Below are positions 1 to 7,178 of a stretch of DNA of 32,000 nucleotides, one piece after another. Under the pieces are notes generated by a model. The model was not told the DNA's origin. It saw nothing but the letters and a program-made list of their open reading frames with translations, and did no database searches. The number at the start of each line of letters is the position of its first letter. The stretch's first letter is position 1. The DNA is from Delftia acidovorans NBRC 14950 (GTDB taxonomy: Bacteria > Pseudomonadota > Gammaproteobacteria > Burkholderiales > Burkholderiaceae_C), in contig NZ_BCZP01000003.1 in assembly GCF_001598795.1 (NCBI RefSeq), positions 60,001 through 92,000 on the forward strand, written 5' to 3'. The position numbers and the translations under genes are program-made.

Positions 1-788
1 GCATCGGCCGCCGCCATGAGCTTTTCCTTCTTGCCATGGTCGGGATAGATGGCCACGCCGATGGAGCTGCTGATGGAGACCGCTTTTCCTGGCAGGTCGA
101 ACGGCTGGCTCAAGGCCTTCTGCACCCGTCCGGCCATGGCCACGGCATCGTCCACCGAAGCCAGGCAGCCCAGCAGCAGCACGAACTCGTCGCCACCCAC
201 GCGCGCCAGCGTGTCCGATTTGCGCGTCATATGGCCCAGGCGCACGGCCACCTGGCACAGCAGCGCATCGCCTGCGGCATGGCCTTCCACATCGTTGATG
301 GGCTTGAATCCATCCAGGTCGATGTACAGCAGGCCCACGCGCACCGGCCCGCAGGGCCCCGGCTGCTCCACCGAGCTGTCGGCGCGCGCAATCGTGCGGC
401 CCAGCCGGTATTCGAACAGCGCCCGGTTGGCCGTACCGGTCAACGGGTCCCTGAAGGCGATGCGCTTGAGCTTCACATTGGCGCGCAGCAATTTCTCATT
501 GCTCTGCTTGAGCGACTGCGTCAGGCGCTGCGCCTTGCAGCGCATGCGGATGTAGAGCACCGAGCACACCAGCAGGAACGCCACGAACACACCAGCACCC
601 CACGGGCCGAGGGCATGCCATCCAGCGAACCAGACGCCCTCATCGGCAAATTGCGCCGACGCGACGCCGTCCTGGGCAGCCGCAAGCACCTGACCCTGCG
701 CCATGCAGGGCAGCAGCGAAGCCAGCCAGCACGCAAATGTCGGGCCGCGCCAGCGCGCAGGTATCCACCGGGACACCCCCTCGGTCAT
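1..788 (-). CDS. Diguanylate cyclase (GGDEF domain); N-terminal part only, the C-terminus lies beyond the left edge of the window
   Basis: Truncated, so absent from the ORF track. My minus-strand translation starts at ATG 788-786 (in-frame alternative ATG 803-801). It gives MTEGVSRWIP..., a hydrophobic segment GAGVFVAFLLVCSVLY, then RDPLTGTANR...LLYIDLDGFKPINDVEGHAAGDALL...LARVGGDEFVLLL...SIGVAIYPDHG. These are the canonical GGDEF active-site and flanking motifs. The listed + strand ORFs 36..827 and 49..555 are antisense shadows. Confidence 0.85.
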   Translation of the reverse strand, partial: MTEGVSRWIPARWRGPTFACWLASLLPCMAQGQVLAAAQDGVASAQFADEGVWFAGWHALGPWGAGVFVAFLLVCSVLYIRMRCKAQRLTQSLKQSNEKLLRANVKLKRIAFRDPLTGTANRALFEYRLGRTIARADSSVEQPGPCGPVRVGLLYIDLDGFKPINDVEGHAAGDALLCQVAVRLGHMTRKSDTLARVGGDEFVLLLGCLASVDDAVAMAGRVQKALSQPFDLPGKAVSISSSIGVAIYPDHGKKEKLMAAAD

Positions 789-1058
789 GAACAGCCAATG
801 CATGGGGAAAAACCGATCTTCTCGTGATATTTCAAACTCATGCCGATTCAGCCTCACTGCCGCATTGCGCAGCCCAATGCCGTGGTCTGCGCTGCCATGT
901 GCGCCGGATGAACGGGGCTTTTCTTGAAATACCGCCCCATTCGCTTTGCAAACATTCGACACGCTTACACGTCAGTTTGTGTATCGAAAATTTCAAATCA
1001 TTAAAAAAATTCTATCAAATCATCGATCCCGTGCCCATGCAAGCACCGCGCGACGCCC

Positions 1059-1074
1059 CGGCATGGGAATTGCA
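1059..1074 (+). promoter_or_regulatory. Candidate sigma54 (-24/-12) promoter upstream of nasR
   Basis: cGGCATgggaaTTGCA compared with consensus TGGCAC-N5-TTGCW. The GG and GC elements have correct spacing, with 2 mismatches in the -24 box. It lies 60 nt upstream of the nasR ATG and just downstream of an unusually AT-rich stretch (about 960-1025) that could be a bending site. Confidence 0.45.
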
Positions 1075-1133
1075 TCCAGGTCCCTTGCACCAAGGCAAAC
1101 TGCATCAAGGCAGGCAGACAGGACCAAGCCCCC

Positions 1134-2399
1134 ATGAAAACCGCTCTCAACTTTCTTGTGGCCGCGCGGCAGTGCGAAATCGGCGAGCTGGAGCAACTGC
1201 AGCGCACCAGCGCCCTGGTGGATCTGCTCAGCCGCCTCATCCATGCGCTGCAAAAGGAGCGCGGCCTGTCCAACGTGTTTCTGGCCAGCGCAGGCGCGCG
1301 CGGCGGCCCGGCCAGGCTGGCGCAGATGGCCGAGTGCGACCGCATGGCCGCTGCGGCGCGCGACGGCTTCGAGCTGGTGGACATGCAGCCCGGTGGTGCG
1401 GGACTCACCGGCCACCCCGGTCATGGCGCGCGGCTGTTCAGCCGAATCGCCCATGTGCTGCAGTGCCTGGACGCCCTGCCCGCGCTGCGCGAGCGCGTCG
1501 CCAGCCGCGCGCTGTCGCCGGAGGCGGCCACGGCCCTCTATATCGATCTGGTGGCCGGCCTGCTGGCCGTGGTCTTCGAGGCGGCGGACAGCGCACCCGA
1601 GCCCGGCATCTCGCGCCTGCTGGTGGCCTTGTTCAATTTCATGCAGGGAAAGGAATTCGCGGGCCAGGAGCGCGCCACGGGCGTGGCGGCGTTCGGTGCG
1701 GGCGTGAGCGATGCGCCGCGCCAGCAGCACTGGCTGCACCTGATCGCCTCGCAGGAGCGCTGCTTTCAGGTCTTTGCGGAGTTCGCGCCGCCCCATTCCC
1801 TGGCCCTGTGGAAAGAAAGCAGCGTGGCCGACGCCACGCTGGCCGTGATCGAGCGGCTGCGCCGCGTGGGCTGCACGGCCACGGCGGGCGCGCCTTTGTC
1901 CGTGGAGATGGCCGAGCCCTGGTTCGACAGCTGCTCGCAGCGCATGGACGCGCTGCAGACCGTCGAGGCCCGCCTGACGGCCGAGCTGCAGCAGCAATGC
2001 CAGCACCGCATTGCCGATGCCCGCGCCGCCCTGCAGACGCTGCTGCAGGCGCCGCAGGCATTGGCGACCACGCCGGTCTCGGCCACGCTGGCGCCGGGCG
2101 AGCTGCAGCCCCCGGCCGCACGGCTGGGGCCGCAATTGGACCGTTCCGTGATGGACCTGGTGCAGGACCAGTCGCAGCGCTTGCAGGCCATGCAGGCCGA
2201 GCTGGAGACCGTACGGGCCACGCTCACGGAGCGCAAGCTGCTGGAACGCGCCAAGGGCCTGCTGATGGCGCGGCGCCAGCTCAGCGAAGGCGAAGCCCAC
2301 AAGCTGCTGCGCCAAACCGCAATGAACCAGAACCGCCGCCTGGCCGATGTGGCGCAGGCCGTGCTTTCCATGGCCGATCTCCTGCCACCTGCGCCTTGA
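1134..2399 (+). CDS. nasR: Nitrate/nitrite-responsive transcription antiterminator, NIT sensor domain plus C-terminal ANTAR RNA-binding domain (NasR type)
   Basis: 421-aa ORF. The N-terminal part (LIHALQKERGLSNVFLAS..., FNFMQGKEFAGQERATG) matches the NIT domain pattern. The C-terminus (ERKLLERAKGLLMARRQLSEGEAHKLLRQTAMNQNRRLADVAQAVL) is a typical ANTAR domain. It sits directly upstream of a nitrate ABC transporter operon whose leader contains a terminator. Confidence 0.85.
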   Translation: MKTALNFLVAARQCEIGELEQLQRTSALVDLLSRLIHALQKERGLSNVFLASAGARGGPARLAQMAECDRMAAAARDGFELVDMQPGGAGLTGHPGHGARLFSRIAHVLQCLDALPALRERVASRALSPEAATALYIDLVAGLLAVVFEAADSAPEPGISRLLVALFNFMQGKEFAGQERATGVAAFGAGVSDAPRQQHWLHLIASQERCFQVFAEFAPPHSLALWKESSVADATLAVIERLRRVGCTATAGAPLSVEMAEPWFDSCSQRMDALQTVEARLTAELQQQCQHRIADARAALQTLLQAPQALATTPVSATLAPGELQPPAARLGPQLDRSVMDLVQDQSQRLQAMQAELETVRATLTERKLLERAKGLLMARRQLSEGEAHKLLRQTAMNQNRRLADVAQAVLSMADLLPPAP

Positions 2400-2431
2400 A
2401 CGCCGGGCCGGTGCGAGCCATGCTGCAGTGC

Positions 2432-2471
2432 AGCACCGACTTGGTGCCATGGAACGCACCAGAAGGTGGCC
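2432..2471 (+). promoter_or_regulatory. Candidate NtrC-type enhancer, two adjacent sites
   Basis: Site 1 (2432-2448) is aGCACCgacttGGTGCc, a perfect GCACC-N5-GGTGC inverted repeat matching the enteric NtrC consensus TGCACC-N5-GGTGCA. Site 2 (2455-2471) is cGCACCagaaGGTGGCc, a weaker match with spacing off by one. Both lie about 55-90 bp upstream of the sigma54 promoter at 2523. Confidence 0.45.
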
Positions 2472-2522
2472 CGGCGAGGACTGCAAGGCCGATGGACGGC
2501 ATGGCCCCCTGTGAACACGGCC

Positions 2523-2538
2523 TGGCACGCTTTCTGCA
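2523..2538 (+). promoter_or_regulatory. sigma54 (-24/-12) promoter of the nasFED-type operon
   Basis: TGGCACGctttCTGCA compared with consensus TGGCACG-N4-TTGCW. There is a single mismatch (T to C at the first T of the -12 box) and the spacing is correct. The predicted start near 2549 puts the leader hairpins and terminator inside the transcript. Confidence 0.65.
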
Positions 2539-2553
2539 TTGACTCTGGCAACT

Positions 2554-2573
2554 CCCGGCCAAAGGCGGCCGGG
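2554..2573 (+). promoter_or_regulatory. Leader RNA hairpin P1 with hexaloop (candidate ANTAR/NasR binding element)
   Basis: The stem is a perfect 7 bp, CCCGGCC(2554-2560)/GGCCGGG(2567-2573). The 6-nt loop is AAAGGC (A at loop position 1, G at position 4), the loop signature described for ANTAR target hairpins. Confidence 0.5.
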
Positions 2574-2599
2574 ACCCCGGTCTTGATTCAAGGCCCCAG

Positions 2600-2654
2600 G
2601 ACAACGGCGTCACTCTCCCCGCGCAGCGCGGCTGGAGAGGACGCCGTTTTGCTT
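2600..2654 (+). terminator. Leader attenuator: small hexaloop hairpin P2 overlapping the 5' arm of an intrinsic terminator
   Basis: The terminator stem pairs GGCGTCaCTCTCC(2606-2618) with GGAGAGGACGCC(2634-2645), 12 bp with one bulged A. It is followed by GTTTTGCTT. It lies 55 nt upstream of the nasF-type ATG and is therefore an attenuator, not an operon end. P2 is GAC(2600-2602)-AACGGC-GTC(2609-2611), whose 3' half uses terminator-arm bases. Confidence 0.65.
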
Positions 2655-2708
2655 GGAACAGGGCCCGTTTGCAAGTGTTCCATTCCCGACGATCGAAGGA
2701 GTTCCGCC

Positions 2709-3989
2709 ATGGCGTCAAGCCCCAAGCCCACCACAGGCCCTCTCACCGCCGGCCCGGCCCTGCCCCGGCGCGACTTTCTGCGCCAGGCCGGCATGCTGGC
2801 AGGCGGTGCGGCGCTCTACACCCAGCTGGGCCACCATGGCGCCTGGGCGGCCGGCTCGGATGCGCCAGAGAAGAAAGAGGTGCGCATCGGCTTCATCCCG
2901 CTGACCGACTGCGCCAGCGTGGTGATGGCCTCGGTGCTGGGGATCGATCAGAAGTACGGCGTCAAGATCATTCCTTCCAAGGAAGCGAGCTGGGCCAGCG
3001 TGCGCGACAAGCTGGTCAACGGCGAGCTGGACTTTGCCCACGTGCTCTACGGCCTGGTCTACGGCGTGCACCTGGGCGTGGGCGGCGCCAAGAAGGACAT
3101 GGCCGTGCTGATGACGCTCAACCACAACGGCCAGGCCATATCGCTGTCGAAGAAACTGGCCGACAAGGGGGCCGTCAATGGCGCGGGCCTGGCCAAGCTG
3201 ATGGCCAGCGAAAAGCGCGAATACACCTTTGCCCAGACCTTTCCCACGGGCACGCACGCCATGTGGCTGTACTACTGGCTGGCGGCCAACGGCATCCACC
3301 CGCTCAAGGATGCCAAGGTCATCACCGTGCCGCCGCCGCAGATGGTGGCCAATATGCGCGTGGGCAACATGGACGGCTTTTGCGTGGGCGAGCCCTGGAA
3401 CCACCGCGCCATCATGGACGGCATCGGCGTCACGGCCACCACCACCCAGTCCATCTGGCAGGACCACCCCGAAAAGGTGCTGGGCACCACGGCCGAGTTC
3501 GCACGCCAGAACCCCAACACGGCACGCGCCGTGACGGCGGCCATCATCGAGGCCAGCCGCTGGATCGACGAGAGCCTGGCCAACAAGACCCGCATGGCCG
3601 AGACCATCGCTGGCAAGGCCTATGTGAACACGGGCGTGGATGCCATCAACCAGCGCATCCTGGGCCGCTACCAGGACGGCATGGGCAAGACCTGGGACGA
3701 CCCCAACCACATGAAGTTCTACGGCGACGGCAGCGTGGGCTACCCCTACCTGTCCGACGGCATGTGGTTCCTGACCCAGCACAAGCGCTGGGGCCTGCTC
3801 AAGGACCACCCCGACTACCTGGGCGTGGCCCGCTCCATCAACCGCCTGGACATCTACCAGCAGGCCGCCACCGCCGCCAAGGCCCCGCTGCCCAAGGCGG
3901 AGATGCGCAGCAGCAAGCTCATGGATGGCACGGTCTGGGACGGCAAGGACCCGCGCAAGTACGCGGACAGCTTTGCCATCAAGGCCTGA
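2709..3989 (+). CDS. nasF: Nitrate ABC transporter periplasmic substrate-binding protein (NrtA/NasF family) with twin-arginine signal
   Basis: Start chosen at ATG 2709, preceded by AAGGAG. The listed ORF start at 2466 would read through the leader terminator. MASSPKPTTGPLTAGPALPRRDFLRQAGMLAGGAALY is a Tat signal. KKEVRIGFIPLTDCASVVMA and following sequence fit the NrtA/NMT1 family. It is the first gene of an SBP-permease-ATPase triplet. Confidence 0.9.
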   Translation: MASSPKPTTGPLTAGPALPRRDFLRQAGMLAGGAALYTQLGHHGAWAAGSDAPEKKEVRIGFIPLTDCASVVMASVLGIDQKYGVKIIPSKEASWASVRDKLVNGELDFAHVLYGLVYGVHLGVGGAKKDMAVLMTLNHNGQAISLSKKLADKGAVNGAGLAKLMASEKREYTFAQTFPTGTHAMWLYYWLAANGIHPLKDAKVITVPPPQMVANMRVGNMDGFCVGEPWNHRAIMDGIGVTATTTQSIWQDHPEKVLGTTAEFARQNPNTARAVTAAIIEASRWIDESLANKTRMAETIAGKAYVNTGVDAINQRILGRYQDGMGKTWDDPNHMKFYGDGSVGYPYLSDGMWFLTQHKRWGLLKDHPDYLGVARSINRLDIYQQAATAAKAPLPKAEMRSSKLMDGTVWDGKDPRKYADSFAIKA

Positions 3990-4029
3990 GAGATCCCCTT
4001 TGAAGCCCCACCCCACAGAGGAACACACC

Positions 4030-4965
4030 ATGGTCAGCGCCGTCTTCCACTTCCCGGCCGAATCCGCTGCCGCGCCGGCAGCCGCCTCCACACCGATCTC
4101 CGCGCAGGTCTCAGGGCCCGCCGCTCCAGCCGCGCCGGCCCCCCAGGCCCGGGCACCCGCCGCCCCGCGCGACTGGGCAGCGCTCTCGCGTGCCTTCTGG
4201 CTGGCCGTGCTGCCGCCGCTGTGCGGCTTGGGTTTGCTGGTGGGCGTGTGGTCCCTGGTGGCTGCAGGCTCGGGCCAGAGCATTCCGGGGCCATTGGCGA
4301 CCTGGCAGCAGGCGGTGGAGATTTTCAGCGACCCGTTCTACCGCAACGGCCCCAATGACCAGGGCGTGGGCTGGAATGTGCTGGCCTCGCTGCAGCGCGT
4401 GGCCGTGGGCTTTGGCCTGGCGGCGCTGGTCGGCATTCCGGCCGGCTTCGTGATCGGGCGCTTCAACTTCCTGTCGCGCATGTTCAACCCGCTGATCAGC
4501 CTGCTGCGCCCGGTGTCGCCGCTGGCCTGGCTGCCCATCGGCCTGCTGGTCTTCAAGGGCGCCAACCCGGCGGCCATCTGGACCATCTTCATCTGCTCGA
4601 TCTGGCCCATGCTCATCAACACCGCCGTGGGCGTGCAGCGCGTGCCCCAGGACTACATGAACGTGGCGCGCGTGCTCAACCTCAGCGAATGGAAGATCGC
4701 CACCACCATCCTGTTCCCGGCCGTGCTGCCCTACATGCTGACCGGCGTGCGCCTGGCCGTGGGCACGGCCTGGCTGGTCATCGTCGCGGCCGAGATGCTC
4801 ACCGGCGGCGTGGGCATCGGCTTCTGGGTCTGGGACGAGTGGAACAACCTCAACGTCAAGAACATCATCATCGCGATCTTCGTGATCGGCATCGTGGGCC
4901 TGCTGCTGGAGATGGCCCTGGTCAAGCTGGCAACGGCATTTACGTTCGAAGAGGTGAAGGCATGA
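4030..4965 (+). CDS. nasE: Nitrate ABC transporter permease (NrtB/NasE family)
   Basis: ATG 4030 follows a GAGGA site. The protein begins with an Ala/Pro-rich N-terminal tail, then multiple hydrophobic helices. It carries the BPD-transporter EAA-like region (MNVARVLNLSEWKIATTILFPAVLPYMLTG). Its stop overlaps the next start (ATGA at 4962-4965). Confidence 0.9.
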   Translation: MVSAVFHFPAESAAAPAAASTPISAQVSGPAAPAAPAPQARAPAAPRDWAALSRAFWLAVLPPLCGLGLLVGVWSLVAAGSGQSIPGPLATWQQAVEIFSDPFYRNGPNDQGVGWNVLASLQRVAVGFGLAALVGIPAGFVIGRFNFLSRMFNPLISLLRPVSPLAWLPIGLLVFKGANPAAIWTIFICSIWPMLINTAVGVQRVPQDYMNVARVLNLSEWKIATTILFPAVLPYMLTGVRLAVGTAWLVIVAAEMLTGGVGIGFWVWDEWNNLNVKNIIIAIFVIGIVGLLLEMALVKLATAFTFEEVKA

Positions 4966-5768
4966 ATGCATCGTCCAAGTTCATCGAGGTCCAGGGCGTG
5001 GAGCAGAGCTTCAAGACCGCCAAGGGCCTGTTTCCGGCGCTGCGCAATATCGACCTGACCATTGCGCGGGGCGAGTTCGTCTCGCTGATCGGCCACTCGG
5101 GCTGCGGTAAGTCCACCCTGCTGAACCTGATCGCGGGCCTGACCACGCCCACCACGGGCGTGCTGCTGTGCGCCAACAAGGAGATCAAGGGCCCCGGGCC
5201 CGAGCGCGCCGTGGTCTTCCAGAACCACTCGCTGCTGCCCTGGCTGACCTGCGAGGGCAATATCCACCTGGCCGTGGAGCGCGTCTATGGCCGCACGGAA
5301 AGCCGCACCCAGCTCAAGGCACGCACCCTGGCCGCGCTGGAGCTGGTGGGCCTGGCCCATGCCGCGCACAAGCGGCCCGGTGAAATCTCGGGCGGCATGA
5401 AGCAGCGCGTGGGCATTGCGCGCGCGCTGTCGATGGAGCCGCAGGTGCTGCTGATGGACGAGCCCTTCGGCGCGCTCGATGCGCTCACGCGCGCCAAGCT
5501 GCAGGACGAGCTGCTGGAGATCGTGGCGCGCACGCAAAGCACCGTGGTCATGGTCACCCACGATGTGGACGAGGCCGTGCTGCTGTCCGACAAGATCGTG
5601 ATGATGACCAACGGCCCGGCAGCCACCATCGGCGAGGTGCTGGAAGTCGGCATCGCCCGGCCGCGCAACCGCGTGGCGCTGGCCGAGGACGACCGCTACC
5701 GCGAGTGCCGCAAGGCGGTGATCGACTTCCTCTATACGCGCCAGGGGCATGTGGAAAAGGCGGCCTGA
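4962..5768 (+). CDS. nasD: Nitrate ABC transporter ATP-binding protein (NrtD/NasD type, single ABC domain)
   Basis: The ATGA overlap with the permease indicates translational coupling. Walker A is GHSGCGKST, the ABC signature is ISGGMKQR, Walker B is LLMDEPF and the H-loop is VTHD. Confidence 0.92.
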   Translation: MNASSKFIEVQGVEQSFKTAKGLFPALRNIDLTIARGEFVSLIGHSGCGKSTLLNLIAGLTTPTTGVLLCANKEIKGPGPERAVVFQNHSLLPWLTCEGNIHLAVERVYGRTESRTQLKARTLAALELVGLAHAAHKRPGEISGGMKQRVGIARALSMEPQVLLMDEPFGALDALTRAKLQDELLEIVARTQSTVVMVTHDVDEAVLLSDKIVMMTNGPAATIGEVLEVGIARPRNRVALAEDDRYRECRKAVIDFLYTRQGHVEKAA

Positions 5769-5828
5769 ACCTTCGCCGGTCCTGCCGCCTTCCAGGCCCT
5801 GCACAGAGCGGGCCGGCCGAGCCCCGGT

Positions 5829-6269
5829 TCAGTGCCGGCCCGAGATGTAGTGCTCCAGCTGCTCGATGATGAACTTCTGCTCGGAGATGATGTCCTTGAC
5901 CAGGTCTCCGATGGAGATCAGGCCCAACAGCTTGCCGCCCTCGTCCACCACGGGCAGGTGGCGCAGCCGGTTCTCGGTCATCACCGCCATGCATTCCTGC
6001 GTGGTCTGGGTGGGGCCGACGAAGAGCACGTCGCGCGTCATCACGTCGCGCACCAGGGTGGCGCCCGAGGTGCGCCCCAGCAGCGCGATCTTGCGCGCGT
6101 AGTCGCGCTCGGTGACGATGCCTGCGATCTCGCTGCCCTCCATCACGAGCAGGGCGCCAATGCCCTTGTCGGCCATGAGCCGCAGCGCGTCGAGCACGGA
6201 ATCGGTAGGCGCGATGCTGTACACCGCGCCGCTGGCCTTGGCCTTGAGAATGTCTGCAACTGCTGTCAT
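5829..6269 (-). CDS. Stand-alone CBS-pair domain protein
   Basis: 146 aa. It has two CBS repeats (SVLDALRLMADKGIGALLVMEG..IAGIVTERD and ECMAVMTENRLRHLPVVDEGGKLLGLISIGDL). Its size and layout resemble stand-alone CBS-pair proteins of the hypoxic-response Hrp1 type. Confidence 0.85.
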   Translation of the reverse strand: MTAVADILKAKASGAVYSIAPTDSVLDALRLMADKGIGALLVMEGSEIAGIVTERDYARKIALLGRTSGATLVRDVMTRDVLFVGPTQTTQECMAVMTENRLRHLPVVDEGGKLLGLISIGDLVKDIISEQKFIIEQLEHYISGRH

Positions 6270-6391
6270 GGGTGCCTTTCAGTCGTTCGCCAATTCGGTT
6301 CTAGTGTCATCCGAACTGCGCCCAAAAAGCAACAGGGCCAGCGCGTGTATGCACACGCACCGGCCCTGCCCGATTCAGTGAATGCGGCCCT

Positions 6392-7048
6392 TCAGCGGCG
6401 GCCGCCCAGCAGGCTGCCACCAATCTTCATCAGATCGCTGAGACCTACCTGGCCGTCGCCATCCTGATCGAGCAGGCTGCCCAGCAAACCACCACCCAGG
6501 CCGCCCTGCTGCTGGGCCTGCGCATGCTCGCGGCCCAGCACCTGGCCCAGGCCGCCGGCATCCATGCCGCCTGCGCTCACGCGCTGTGCAAGAAAGGACA
6601 TGACGATGGGGGCCAGCAGCTGCAGCAGCTGGGCCGCGCCGCCGCTGCCCAGGCCCGTGGCCTGGCCCAGTCCGTCCTGCGCGCGCTGCTGGTTGCCGCC
6701 CAGGATGTGGCCGAGGATGGCCGCTCCATCGAGCCCGCCACCTGCATTGCCGCCCGCGCCCGCGCCTGCGCCGCCGCCCAGCAGCGAGCCCAGCAGGCCG
6801 CCGAGGTCCAGGCCACCGGCACCGCCGCTGGCCGCGCCATGGTCGCGCTGCAGCGCGCCGAAGAGATTGGCCGCGCCCTGCGGATCGGCCGCATTGCGGC
6901 CCAGCGAGGCCAGCAGCACGGGCAGGGCCGCGCCCACGGCGCTTTCGGTCTGGGCGGGGCTGGCGCCGATCTGGTCCGCCATCTGCTGCATGGGCGCGCC
7001 CTGCAGTTGGGCCATCAGTTCGGCGGCCAGGGAAGAGCTGGAGTTCAT
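6392..7048 (-). CDS. DUF937-family protein, glycine-rich, with C-terminal EF-hand-like DxDxDG loop
   Basis: Start chosen at ATG 7048 (MNSSSS...), preceded by GAAGGA. The listed start at 7117 adds 23 unsupported residues. The protein has the pattern LAAELMAQLQG..MQQMADQIGASPAQTESAVGAALPVLL, then long Gly/Ala/Leu low-complexity stretches and a second LLQLLAPIVMSFL segment, as in DUF937 proteins. Its C-terminus reads DQDGDGQVGLSD. Confidence 0.75.
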   Translation of the reverse strand: MNSSSSLAAELMAQLQGAPMQQMADQIGASPAQTESAVGAALPVLLASLGRNAADPQGAANLFGALQRDHGAASGGAGGLDLGGLLGSLLGGGAGAGAGGNAGGGLDGAAILGHILGGNQQRAQDGLGQATGLGSGGAAQLLQLLAPIVMSFLAQRVSAGGMDAGGLGQVLGREHAQAQQQGGLGGGLLGSLLDQDGDGQVGLSDLMKIGGSLLGGRR

Positions 7049-7178
7049 GGTCGTTCCTTCATCCGGTCGCCCGGTCAACACAAAACCACATGGTATGCGC
7101 AAGCCTGCGCAGCGCACATGACGGCGCCACGCCCAAGTGTCAACGATGTTTTCCAGCGGCCGCAGTACCCCGCAGAGG

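Noticed and set aside
36-827. 263-aa and 168-aa plus-strand ORFs at the left edge
   Set aside because: They are antisense to a reading frame with unmistakable GGDEF motifs. Their translations are Arg/Ala/His-rich with no recognisable motif, the typical shadow-ORF composition of high-GC DNA.
1016-1029. 11-mer AATCATCGATC shared with 28862-28872, and a related ATCGAT motif at 15347-15358, all in AT-rich spacers
   Set aside because: More than one hundred 11-mer coincidences are expected by chance in a 32-kb window. There is no extended similarity around them.
824-2591. Long ORFs overlapping nasR (572 aa on the + strand in another frame, 523 aa and 261 aa on the - strand)
   Set aside because: They have Arg/Ala/Gly/Pro-dominated low-complexity translations and no motifs. 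They fully overlap the NIT-ANTAR frame, which has clear domain signatures.
2715-4283. 522-aa minus-strand ORF and 444-aa alternative plus-frame ORF over the nasF-type gene
   Set aside because: These are shadow frames of a well-supported Tat-signal substrate-binding protein, with no independent start signals or motifs.
5810-5841. GGGCCGGC...GCCGGCCC stem between the convergent nasD-type and CBS genes, and a similar GCGGCAGC/GCTGCCGC stem at 21369-21404 between yqeY and the LysR gene
   Set aside because: They are plausible bidirectional terminators. However, both have 16-20-nt loops, no U-tracts and overlap stop codons. GC-rich 8-mers pair by chance often in this composition.
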